Positions 39,101 to 49,839 of a stretch of DNA of 64,000 nt are shown here, in pieces; position 1 is the first letter of the stretch, and each line of letters begins with the position of its first letter. The DNA comes from Eledone cirrhosa (Eukaryota). A program made the translations under genes and the position numbers. The stretch is taken from positions 4,278,001 to 4,342,000 of the forward strand of contig OZ024740.1 of NCBI GenBank assembly GCA_964016885.1. Direction: 5' to 3'. Below the pieces are notes generated by a model, which was not told the DNA's origin, did no database searches, and saw only the letters and a program-made list of their open reading frames with translations.

Positions 39101-41905
39101 TGTCTATCTACCATGTCTGTCTGTGTCTATCTACCATGTCTGTCTGTGTCTATCTACCATGTCTGTCTGTGTCTGTCTACCATGTCTGTCTATGTCTGTC
39201 TATCATATCTGTCTGTGTCTGTCTACCATGTCTGTCTGTATGTATCTACCATGTATGTCTGTGTTTGTCTACCATGTTTGCCTGTGTCTATCTACCATGT
39301 CTGTCTGTGTCTATCTACCATGTCTGTCTGTGTCTATCTACCATGTCTGTCTGTGTCTATCTACCATGTCTGTGTCTGTCTACCTTGTCTGTCTGTGTCT
39401 GTATAACATGTCTGTCTGTGTTTGTCTACCATGTTTGCCTGTGTCTATCTACCATGTCTGTCTGTGTCTATCTACCATGTCTGTCTGTGTCTATCTACCA
39501 TGTCTGTCTGTGTCTATCTACCATGTCTGTGTCTATCTACCTTGTCTGTCTGTGTCTATCTACCATGTCTGTCTGTGTCTATCTACCATGTCTGTCTGTG
39601 TCTGTCTACCTTGTCTGTCTGTGTCTGTCTACCATGTCTGTCTGTGTCTATCTACCAGGTCTGTCTGTGTCTATCTACCATGTCTGTCTGTGTCTGTCTA
39701 CCATGTCTGTCTGTGTCTATCTACCATGTCTGTGTCTGTCTATCACGTCTGTCTGTGTCTATCTACCATGTCTGTCTGTATATGTCTACCATGCCTGTCT
39801 GTGTCTGTCTACCATGTCTGTCTGTGTCTGTCTATCATATCTGTCTGTGTCTGTCTACCATGTCTGTCTGTGTCTATCTACCATGTCTGTGTCTGTCTAT
39901 CACGTCTGTCTGTGTCTATCTACCATGTCTGTCTGTGTCTATCTACCATGACTGTCTGTGTCTGTCTACCATTCTGTATGTGTCTGTCTACCATGTCTGT
40001 CTGTGTCTGTCTACCATGCCTGTCTGTGTCTGTCTACCATGTCTGTCTGTGTCTGTCTGCGTCTGTCTAGCATGTCTGTATGCGTCTGTCTACCATGTCT
40101 GTTTGTGTCTATCTACCATGTCTGTCTGTGTCTGTCTACCATGTCTGTATGTGTCTCTCTACCATGTCTGTCTGTGTCTATCTACCATGTCTGTCTGTGT
40201 CTGACTACCATGTCTGTCTGTGTCTGTCTACCATGTCTGTCTGTGTCTGTCTCACCATGTCTGTCTGTGTCTATCTACCATGTCTGTCTGTGTCTGCCTA
40301 CCATGTCTGCCTGTGTCTATCTACCATATCTGTCTGTGTCTATCTACCATGTCTGTCTGTGTCTGTCTGTGTCTATCTACCATGTCTGTCTGTGTCTGTC
40401 TGTGTCTATCTACCATGTCTGTCTGTGTCTGTCTGTGTCTATCTACCATGTCTGTCTGTGTCTATCTACCATGTTTCTCTGTGTCTATCTACCATGTCTG
40501 TCTGTGTCTATCTACCATGTCTGTCTGTGTCTATCTACCATGTATGTCTGTGTCTGTCTACCATGTCTGTCTGTGTCTATCTACCATGTCTGTGTCTATC
40601 TACCATGTCTGTCTCTGTCTGTCTACCATGTCTGTCTGTGTCTATCTACCATGTTTCTCTGTGTCTATCTACCATGTCTGTCTGTGTCTGTCTATCATGT
40701 CTGTCTGAGTCTGTCTACCATGTCTGTCTGTGTCTGTCTACCATGTCTGTCTGTGTCTATCTACCTTGTCTGCCTGTGTCTATCTACTATGTCTGTCTGT
40801 GTCTGTCTACCATGTCTGTCTGTGTCTATCTACCATGTCTGTCTGGGTCTGTCTACCATGTCTGTCTGTGCATGTCTACCATGTCTGTCTGTGCATGTCT
40901 ACCATGTCTGTCTGTGCATGTCTACCATGTCTGTCTGTGTCTGTCTCCCATGTCTGTCTGTGCATGTCTACCATGTCTGTCTGTGCATGTCTACCATGTC
41001 TGTCTGTGTCTGTCTCCCATGTCTGTATGTGTCTGTCTACCATGTCTGTCTGTGTCTATCTACCATGTCTGTAAGTGTCTGTCTACCCTGTCTGTCTGTG
41101 TCTATCTACCATGTCTGTCTGTGTCTATCTACCATGTCTGTAAGTGTCTGTGTCTGTCTACCATGTCTGTCTGTGTCTATCTACCATGTCTGCCTGTGTC
41201 TATCTACCATGTCTGTCTGTGTCTGTCTACCATGTCTGTTTGTGTCTGTCTACCATGTCTGTCTGTGTCTGTCTACCATGTCTGTCTGTGTCTATCTACC
41301 ATGTCTGTCTGTGTCTGTCTACCATGTCTGTCTGTGTCTGTCTACCATGTCTGTTTGTGTCTGTCTACCATGTCTGTCTGTGTCTATCTACCATGTCTGT
41401 CTGTGTCTATCTACCATGTCTGTCTGTGTCTGTCTACCATGTCTGTTTGTGTCTGTCTACCATGTCTGTCTGTGTCTGTCTACCATGTCTGTCTGTGTCT
41501 ATCTACCATGTCTGCCTGTGTCTATCTACTATGTCTGTCTGTGTCTATCTACCATGTCTGTCTGTGCATGTCTACCATGTCTGTCTGTGTCTATCTACAT
41601 TGTCTGCCTGTGTCTGTCTACCATGTCTGTCTGTGTCTATCTACCATGTCTGTCTGTGTCTATCTACCATGTCTGTCTGTGCATGTCTACCATGTCTGTC
41701 TGTGTCTATCTACCTTGTCTGCCTGTGTCTATCTACCATGCCTGTATGTGTCTTTCTACCATGTCTGTCTGTGTCTGTCTACCATGTCTGTCTGTGCCTA
41801 TCTACCATGTCCGTCTGTGTCTGTCTACCATGTCTGTCTGTGTCTGTCTACCATGTCTGTCTGTGCATGTCTACTATGTCTGTCTGTGCACGTCTATCTA
41901 TCTAA
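9143..41905. repeat. Satellite array B, about 32.7 kb, 23-bp unit ACCATGTCTGTCTGTGTCT(G/A)TCT, roughly 1400 units, with kb-scale internal duplications
   Basis: Unit read directly; 19-bp deletion variants and TATG/CCTG/GACT variants present. Duplicated blocks at offsets 571, 4150/4018 (8168), 2723 and 2808 bp, from rare markers and ORF-track offsets. Confidence 0.99.
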
Positions 41906-42191
41906 CTATCCATGTATCTACTATTTGATTTAACACCACCACCTAACCCATAGGCTCCGTTAGTAAAATCCACTCTCTTGCAAGTATTCAGATGAGGTCC
42001 CTGGTTCTATAATATCTTCCTCCCTTCCACTATCTCAGAGGCCCTGAAAAGTCATAGGAGCAGTACTTTCATTCCTAATTAAACAAATAACTGTGGTGGA
42101 ACACTGTAAATATTATTCAAGATAACATTATTAAAAACAGGTTTTATATTTATATTTTGATACGTGCTCTAATATATCTTGAAGATAAAAA

Positions 42192-42247
42192 ACCTAACTT
42201 ATACAAGCAGGGAAAAGCGGACGTAAAATGATGATGATGATGATGAT
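42192..42247 (+). mobile_element. Very short 3'-terminal fragment of the (TGA)n-tailed RTE family
   Basis: GCAGGGAAAAGCGGACGTAAAATGATGATGAT resembles the terminus GCGTGGAAGAACGGACGTAAAACGGTGATGATG at 52981-53024. Confidence 0.7.
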
Positions 42248-42269
42248 ACAGAATAACATGTGCAGTATT

Positions 42270-42730
42270 AGATTGTGTGTGTGCCTGTATGATGCATGTG
42301 TGTGTGTGATGAATTATTGTGCAACTGTATATTTTGTATGCATTTTAATGGGTGTTCTTGTAAATGTATGTATACATATCTTTGTTTTGTTTTTTGAAGT
42401 AATTTTATTTAAGTAATGTTTATGTGTGTATGTGTGCAATTATGTATGTGTATGTGTTTGTGCGTGTGCGCGCGCGTATGTGTGTGTGTGTGTGAAACAG
42501 CCTGTTTATGTACATTTATGTGATGGTTTATGAGTGTGTGTGTATTAGTATAATTATGCAGGTATGTGTGTTTGTGTGCATATGTGAAATAGCCTGTTTA
42601 AGTGTGTGAATTTTTGCAATTTTCTAGGTATACGTGTTTATGTGTGCGTGTTTTTGTGCAATTCTGCAGGTGTATGTGTGCAACAGCCTGTTTATGTGCA
42701 GGTAATCATGTGATTTGTTGTTTATGTGTA
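42270..42730. repeat. TG-rich low-complexity region with loosely repeated AACAGCCTGTTTATGTG motif
   Basis: Motif variants at about 42497, 42588 and 42682. Confidence 0.7.
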
Positions 42731-42754
42731 CTTATTTCATTTAATTATTTTCAT

Positions 42755-44219
42755 CCCTATCTTGCTTAGAATATTGACCTCCTGGAAACTGTTCAGAGAC
42801 GTGCAACCAAGCAGGCATCTACCATACTCTGAACGCCTTGCTTCCCTAGGCAAGGATACATTGAAGCTCTGACGTCTGGTAACTGACTTGGTAAACACCC
42901 ACAAAATTATTAACCATCTTGCCAACAACAACCCTGAGTACCTTTTTGATTTCCATGTGTCTAATACAGGTGGACATGCCTACAAAGTCAGAAAACAGCA
43001 CAGTTCCCATGACTTTCGGAAACATTTTTTCACGCTCAGAGTTGCTGAAGCATGGAACAAACTTTTTGCATCAGTTGTTAGCTGTCGAGACACTGCATCC
43101 TTTAAAACCTCCATGGAACAAACTACCTGCATCAGTTGTTAGCTGTCGAGACACTGCATCCTTTAAAACCTCCATGGAACAAACTACCTGCATCAGTTGT
43201 TAGCTGTCGAGACATTGCATTCTTTAAAACCTCCATGGAACAAACTACCTGCGTCAGTTGTTAGCTGTCGAGACACTGCATCCTTTAAAACCTCCATGGA
43301 ACAAACTACCTGCATCAGTTGTTAGCTGTCGAGACACTGCATCCTTTAAAACCTCCATGGAACAAACTACCTGCATCAGTTGTTAGCTGTCGAGACATTG
43401 CATTCTTTAAAACCTCCATGGAACAAACTACCTGCGTCAGTTGTTAGCTGTCGAGACACTGCATCCTTTAAAACCTCCATGGAACAAACTACCTGCATCA
43501 GTTATTAGCTGTCGAGACACTGCATCACTTAAAACCTCCATGGAACACACTACCTGCATCAGTTATTAGCTGTCAAGACACTGCATTCTTTAAAACCTCC
43601 ATGGAACAAACTACCTGCATCAGTTATTAGCTATCGAGACACTGCATTCTTTAAAACCTCCATGGAACAAACTACCTGCATCAGTTATTAGCTGTTGAGA
43701 CACTGCATTCTTTAAAACCTCCATGGAACAAACTACCTGCATCAGTTATTAGCTGTTGAGACACTGCATCCTTTAAAACCTCCATGGAACAAACTATCTG
43801 CATTAGTTATTAGCTGTCGAGACACTGCATCGTTTAAAACCTCCATGGAACAAACTACCTGTATCAGTTGTTAGCTGTCGAGACACTGCATCCTTTAAAA
43901 CCTCCATGGAACAAACTACCTGCATCAGTTATTAGCTGTCGAGACACTGCATTCTTTAAAACCTCCATGGAACAAACTACCTGCATCAGTTATTAGCTGT
44001 CGAGACACTGCATCCTTTAAAACCTCCATCCTTCCTGAAATTTGCCAACACTACACCTAATATTCCGCCTCCATACACACGCACACATGTATATCATGAC
44101 TCGTGCACTGTTCATTTTCCTGACATTTGTACATTATTCTATGTACTATACATGAACCTTTGATGAGTTGTAGTGCACCTGAGCACTGTTCACAATAATT
44201 TCATTATTATTATTATTAT
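42755..44219 (+). mobile_element. 5'-truncated CR1-like LINE 3' end (ORF2 C-terminus + 3' UTR + (TTA)n tail), with an internal tandem array
   Basis: Translation gives PYL..IDLLETVQRRATK, PYSERLASL, RLVTDLVNTHKII, GHAYKVRKQHSSHDFRKHFFTLRVAEAWNKL..SVVSCRDTASFK, typical of the CR1-group C-terminus. Terminal small hairpin GTGC-ACCTGA-GCAC, then (ATT)n. Confidence 0.85.
43051..44026 (+). repeat. 16 x 61-bp tandem array built from CR1 ORF2 C-terminal coding sequence
   Basis: Unit CATGGAACAAACTACCTGCATCAGTTGTTAGCTGTCGAGACACTGCATCCTTTAAAACCTC; 976 bp / 61 = 16. The CR1 sequence resumes afterwards. Confidence 0.95.
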
Positions 44220-44674
44220 CTGTGCAGATGAGATAACCTGTCCAACAAACTCACTGTTGCCTCAGAAACCACTATTTTGTCTACTGGGGCTACAAAATAT
44301 TTGCCAAACCACCCGAACCCACTTATGGTTCAACAATACAAAAATGTTTATATCAAAATATTTATATTTATCTAAAAACTTTACATCATAATTTACTGTA
44401 AGAACCTTTGTTAAGTTATGCTCCAAACACCAGCTTAATAATGAGAAATATATAACTGTTTCTTATCTTTAAGCTGACATATTAAAACTAACTTATCTTT
44501 ATATTGTAAATAAATCTTGTAGCATTCATAATAAGTTCTTTTAATTCAAATTACTCACATTACGTAAGATGGTATATAAAACATAATTTAATGACATAGA
44601 AATGAGAGAGAATATTAGTTACTTGATACAAGACACTATAAATTAAACTAAAACAACAGATTCATGTAGTTATT

Positions 44675-44818
44675 TCTTCCAGGGAGACTGTGGTACCAGT
44701 TATATACCAGGGTAACTGATAAGAGGACCAAACCATGTACTTATCTCTTCCAGGGTGGCTGTGGTACCAGTTATATAATAGGGTAACTGTGGTAGCAGTT
44801 ATACACCAGGGTAACTGA
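44675..44818. repeat. Short imperfect direct repeats (CAGGGTAACTGTGGTACCAGTTATATAC-like, 3 copies)
   Basis: Copies at about 44680, 44751 and 44780; internal inverted pair TAACTG/CAGTTA. Confidence 0.7.
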
Positions 44819-45144
44819 TTGTCACTTTTTATTATATTTTCTCATTCTATTGTTGCTGTTATTGATTAACATTTAGTGAACCTTGTTAAGGCAGGCCAAT
44901 GATGTCCAACCATGACCATCCTGTTCTATTTGCTGACGTAGAATATCTAAGACATGGTATCCTTTCTTTCTTGAGACAGTATGGTATGACATGAGGGAGA
45001 TTTAGCTGCTATTCCTGGTAGTGAAGTATCAAGTGGTGTTTGTTGTTTAAACTCAAGCCATGATAGATAAAGCAAACCTACGACAATCACGTCTGTTAGG
45101 TATATATAGGGGAACCAATGTGTCCTCTTTATTTTAAAATGGTC

Positions 45145-45435
45145 AACATTTAACATCCATTTTCCCTGATAGCAAGGTTTGGAGGGTGATCACAGACTAA
45201 GTTAGTATTTAATCAGAGTCATTGATCTCTCAGATGGAGTAGGGGCCATATCTTGCTTACATATGTTCCAGCACTCTACTGAGTGTACCAGGTGCCTTTT
45301 ATTAGGGAGATTACTATATCTTTGGCACAATTGAGTCCTCTCTACCCTTTGTTTGGCAGGTTTTCTATGGCTGGATGCTCTTATTATCACCAACCAATTT
45401 ACAGAGTGTACTGGATGCATTTTATCATGTCCCCA
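45145..45435 (-). mobile_element. Degenerate copy of the (TGA)n-tailed RTE 3' UTR, or a SINE sharing it
   Basis: TTTCTATGGCTGGATGCTCTT..ATCACCAACC approximates the reverse complement of GGTTGGTGTTAGGAAGGGCATCCAGCTGTAGAAA (52860-52893); TTTAACATCCATTTTCC approximates the reverse complement of the terminal motif. Confidence 0.65.
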
Positions 45436-45983
45436 ATACTAGAAATGTTGTTGTCCCCTTAATACAACTGACGAGATTTCTCAGCATCTCCTTCATAATT
45501 CGGAAATGAAATCAAATACTAAAATAAATATAGTTAAAATCTCCCCAGCTCATCTCACCAAGATGGCCTTCTTCTAAATATTAAGTCTTCAAAGGATAGC
45601 TACCTGCTGCTAAAACCTGTGGTGGTTCTTTATAAATGACAGCAAAGTAACTAGTAGTTAGAACACCAGTAAAATAAATTCTCCCCAGTCCAAGAAATCT
45701 CCATAGAGGTAGTTGATAGCTTCTGTTATTTGGGTGTCCTAATTAACAGTAGAAAAGGGGGTTCTGAAAACATAGTAACTAGAACAAGAAGAATGGAAAA
45801 GATTCGGGGAGTTTCTCCCTATGTTGGCAACAATGGCACACACTCTCTTCGAACAAACGGTAGATTATATGACGCTCTCATATGAAATATGCTGTGGCAT
45901 ATTAGTAAGATATTGGTATTTGAGGCAGATGATGTGTTAAGGTGAGAAAAAATAAAGCTAATATGCTCTGTAGAATATATAAT

Positions 45984-46167
45984 TGTTTCTACTTTAGGCA
46001 CAAGGCCAGCAATTACCCAGTGCATTACTGGTACTTTATTTTATCGACCCCGTAAGGATGAAAGGCAAAGTCAACCTCGGCGGGATTTGAACTCAGATCG
46101 TAAAGGGACGTAACTATGCTGGAAAGCATGGCGTCCGACCCTCTACCGATACTGCCAATCCACCGCT
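45984..46167 (-). mobile_element. Full-length tRNA-derived SINE with 19-bp flanking direct repeat (target-site duplication)
   Basis: GCTCTGTAGAATATATAAT at 45965-45983 and 46165-46183; B-box-like GTTCAAATCC on the minus strand. Confidence 0.9.
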
Positions 46168-46697
46168 CTGTAGAATATATAATGTTAGTATGTATGAACA
46201 AAGAAGTGCAGATAAGTTGAGAGAAAATCTCTGTAAGGGTAATCAGATTTGGTGTGGAGGAAAAAAAAAGATTGAGCTATTATCGAGACATGATGTATAT
46301 GAATGTTGATTGCTGAAGGATGAAGTATCAGGAGCTGGTATCGACACAAGATGTATTTAAATGTGGATTGTTAAGGAATGAAGTGCCAGCAGCTCAAAGT
46401 GGAAGGTAGTTTCAGGTGAGAGCTGACCTTGGAACACTGAAGCTCCCATAGATGATGAAGGAAGATGTCAAGTAGAGAAAGACTGTGTTGGAGAAGACTA
46501 GTCCAATCCACAGAAAGATCCATGGAAGTACAAATGGAAAAATAATAATCAATGTACAAAACGGAAAAATTATTATCAAAAAATATTCCAACTTACATCT
46601 TTCTGTCTTTAAGGAACTTAAAGGTGTTATCACACCTTCCATTAGCTGCTTGTTCCTCTGAAAAACAAACAATAATAATTATTATTATGCATAATAA

Positions 46698-46894
46698 GAG
46701 CAGTGGATTGGCAGTAATTGGTAGAGCGTCAGACACCATGGTTTGTGGCATAGAGTTACGGCCCTTAACGTTCTGATTTCAAATCCTGCCGAGGTTAACT
46801 TTGCCTTTCATCCTTATGGGGTTGATAAAATAAAGTACCAGTAATACACTGGGATAATTGCTGGCCTTGTGCCAAAAGTAGGAACCATTATTAT
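46698..46894 (+). mobile_element. tRNA-derived SINE, sense orientation
   Basis: A-box-like TGGCAGTAATTGG, B-box-like TTTCAAATCC, body TTTGCCTTTCATCC...ATAAAATAAAGTACCAGT and (ATT)n tail; colinear reverse complement of 45984-46167. Confidence 0.88.
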
Positions 46895-47112
46895 CATGCA
46901 GAATATTTTTCTGTGTATTCGAAATGTGTTGAACAACGTTAAACATGAAATGAAGGGAATTAAAACCTTTAACATAACATATTGATGTTGTAAAGGTCTT
47001 CATTTATGTAGGAACCTGAAACTCCTGATAGGATGACATACAGCATGTCTTATGCAGAACCTACCTCCTCTCCACATCTGAACACACCCATTTTCTGAGA
47101 GAGAGAGAGAGA

Positions 47113-47225
47113 GGAGAATCAATCCCGGTACTGGTCTGGTACCTTGAATGGAAAAAAAGTAAAGTTGACTTTGGTGGGTTTTGAACTCAATAAAGAGCTG
47201 AAACAAATACTTGCAATGTCATTTA
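47113..47225 (-). mobile_element. Highly degenerate SINE fragment
   Basis: CCCGGTACTGGTCTGGTAC...GTAAAGTTGACTTTGGTGGGTTTTGAACTCA matches the SINE core. Confidence 0.6.
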
Positions 47226-47335
47226 TAACTGTAGAATTTCTAGGAGACAATCAGCCAATTTCTCAAAGTTAAAATATCATTGTCCACTTTGTTGACATGT
47301 AATTTCTCAAAGAAATACACCAAGATAGCTTTCTG

Positions 47336-47560
47336 CAAATATTGGTCACTCTCCGACAGGTTTGCAGTTGAGCCCGTAGCAGTGGACACTTCAGCTGTCC
47401 TTGGCCCTAGGACCACCTCCCTACTCACCAACATTGGCACAGAGTTGGCTACCTGCAGGTGTGAGCCTCACAAGCTGGAATGGCACTTCCAGCACATCTC
47501 CCTCACCATCTTCTGGGGAAACACCTTCTCTATTCTGTCTGTAGGGGCCGCGGGTGAGCC
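47336..47560 (+). mobile_element. 3' fragment of a CRE-clade-like (restriction-like endonuclease) non-LTR element, degenerate
   Basis: KYWSLSDRFAVEPVAVDTSAVLGP..LL.NIG..LA.....P......FQHISLTIFWGNTFSIL resembles the CRE C-terminal pattern KY..L...F.P.A.ET.G.WG...QR.S.A.QRGNA..I (recalled from memory, not searched). Confidence 0.65.
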
Positions 47561-47595
47561 AGCACATGGGGGGGGGGGGCATTTGCTAATAATAA

Positions 47596-47818
47596 TGAAA
47601 GATGGGGAGAGTGGGAGAGATGGAGGCAGTGACAGTGGGAGTTTGGTTCCTCTGTGCCCAGGCCTGGTGTATATGAGGGATGGGGAGGGTGGGGGAGATG
47701 GAGGCAGTGACAGTGGGAGTTTGGTTCCTCTGTGTTGAGACATGGTGTGTATGAGAGATGGGAGAGACAGAGGCAGTGACAGTGGGAGTTTGGTTCCTCT
47801 GTGTTCGGTCCTGGTGTA
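47596..47818 (+). repeat. G-rich minisatellite, 3 copies (spacing 78/69 bp), core GAGGCAGTGACAGTGGGAGTTTGGTTCCTCTGTG
   Basis: Identical core at 47623, 47701 and 47770. Confidence 0.9.
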
Positions 47819-49107
47819 CAGGGTGTGGACAATATTTGTTCGCAATTTTCAACTGTTAATTTTATGCAAATTTTTTTTACTTCCGTTGTCACTCTTGTCT
47901 TCATAAAAATAGTGACTATATTACCATTATTTATTTTCAGAATAATTAATTATGAATAATTTTGAACCTCCAAATTTGTGGAAGAGACCCGGAGTTCTTG
48001 GAATCCGTGCCGGGAGGACAAATAAGGAAATTTCAGACTTTCTCAGCGTCAGCAGGAGAATGGTGGAAAAGGTCAGAAAGGAATTGGAAGATTCAGCATT
48101 CGACTACAAAGCAACATCAGAGAGGAAAACACATGATTGACGATCTGACGCCTTCACAATGCTCGAGTTCGTCGCTGAAGTTCAGGATATCATCAACAAT
48201 GAACCTAACAAGTCGATGCGTGCCATTGCAAGGGAGAAAGGTGTGGATGAATAGCTCATTAGGCTGGTGGTACATGAAGACATTCGCTACGTTTCATACA
48301 AGATGAGGAAAGGACAATTTCTGTCAAAGGCGATACAAGAAAAGCGACTGAAACACACAAAGAAGCTGATCAACAAGTTGAAACACCCACTGGAGCCAGA
48401 CATGCTGTGGTTTTTCTCTGACGAGAAAAACTTCTGCCAAGGCCAGAAGATCAACTCCCAGAACAACAGGTGGCTCGCTGTCTCATCCAAAGATGTGCCC
48501 AGAGTCATGCAGACAAAGTTTCCAGCGACAACATTGGTCTTAGGTGTCGTCAGCAGTCAAGGTGACGTCATGCCACCTCACTTCTTCCCTGAGGGCCTCA
48601 AGCTGAACAACGATGGCTACATCCGCGTTCTGACCGAGGTAGTAAAGCCCTGGATTGACCAGGTAGCTGTAGGTAGGCCGTACATGTGGCAGCAAGACTC
48701 AGTGCCCTGCCATACCAGCCGAAAGACCCAAGCCTTGCTGTCAGAGAACTTCGTCGACCATACTTCACCTGACATCTGACCCCCCAGCTCGCCTAACTGC
48801 AACCCCCTCCACTTCTTTGTGTGGGGCGCAGTGGAACGAGACACCATTCTAGCTGCAATACGAAAGACGATCTGAAGGCCAGGATCACAAGTACATTTAG
48901 GGGCCTAAGTTGGGGGACAGTGACGAAGGCCTGTAGCCGGTTCCGAGGCTGTCATCAAAGCCAATGACGGGTTTATCAAGTGAGATAAAAAGAACAAGTC
49001 ATGGAAACAAACTGACCCAAGTTTGATAAATATATCTTAAAAAATAAAACTACTGTGTTATTTTCTCCTAGACAGTAATCTTGCAAACAAATATCGTCCG
49101 AACCCTG
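47819..49107 (+). mobile_element. Tc1/mariner superfamily DNA transposon, DD37D (maT/Bmmar1-like), 1289 bp
   Basis: TIRs CAGGGTGTGGACAATATTTGTTCGCAA and the reverse complement of TTGCAAACAAATATCGTCCGAACCCTG (4 mismatches in 27); TA duplicated at 47817-47818 and 49108-49109. Confidence 0.93.
47952..48983 (+). pseudogene. Transposase pseudogene (HTH + DD37D catalytic domain)
   Basis: WFFSDEKNF, WQQDSVPCH and [W>stop]PPSSPNCNPL[H]FFVWG; 37 residues between the 2nd D and the third catalytic position (CAC, one change from GAC). Stops at about 48138, 48252 and 48777, plus a C-terminal frameshift. Confidence 0.9.
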
Positions 49108-49575
49108 TATATCTGTATGTGACTGATTTAATAGAAATTTTTCTTACTTTTCTATAGCACTATAATCAAATAAATGACTGGATAAAGTCATTCATGCAGC
49201 AATAATTGCCCATGTAAGATAAGGCTTTTCATGTATTTATCTAGTATTTACTGTATATACTCAGATATAAGATGGAGAATATATAAACAAAAAAAAATCG
49301 CTGGTAGAAGTGGGTTGGGTTGACTTATATTCAAGGTCAATATAAGCTGAGGAATATGTGACAAAAACAGAAAAAAATCAATGGTAGAAAGTGGGGCTTA
49401 TATTCGGGGTAAATATTTTTGACAATTTTCACCAATTTCTAGATAAATAAGGATTAGATTTTTGCCCATTTTTCAGACATAAAATAGTGGTTCACCTTCT
49501 ATTGGAGTATATATGATAACTCTCTAGTGTAAGTATTATATTTTTCCCTGCATAAACCACCCTGTTCACCCCCAT

Positions 49576-49790
49576 AGTAATGGTTTCTAATTCAGACATA
49601 AGTCCAGTGATTTGGGGGTGAGGGAAAGTTGATTATATTGACCACAGTACATAACTGGTACTTTATTTTATTGACCTCGGAAGGATGAAAGTCAAAGATC
49701 ACCTTGATGGGATTTGAAATCAGGAAATAAAGACCAAACATGTTTAACATTTGTCCACTGTTCTAACGATTCGGGCAATCCATTGACCTC
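49576..49790 (-). mobile_element. Diverged tRNA-derived SINE copy
   Basis: CAGTACATAACTGGTACTTTATTTTATTGACCTCGGAAGGATGAAAGTCAAAG...GGGATTTGAAATCAG. Confidence 0.8.
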
Positions 49791-49805
49791 TGGAAAAATC
49801 AACAC

Positions 49806-49839
49806 CAGTACTAGACTGGTACTTTATCAACTAGATAGT
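49806..49839. repeat. Orphan first unit of satellite C, separated from the array by the LINE insertion
   Basis: CAGTACTAGACTGGTACTTTATCAACTAGATAGT exactly matches the 38-bp monomer. Confidence 0.9.

Noticed and set aside
9143-41905. Dense GTCT (SMAD-box) and CATGTCT (p53 quarter-site-like) motifs as a regulatory array
   Set aside because: They follow trivially from the monomer composition, and a full p53 consensus is not met by the main unit.
9104-41933. Many long Cys/Val/Ser-rich ORFs (up to 846 aa) with ACCATG Kozak-like starts
   Set aside because: The 23-bp unit has no + strand stop and is not a multiple of 3, so all three frames give the same 23-aa cycle. Indels are unconstrained, which marks this as a satellite translation artefact.
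45480-46560. Unassigned unique-looking stretches around the SINEs, possibly very old LINE fragments
   Set aside because: No motif I can identify with confidence, and the short ORFs there look non-coding.
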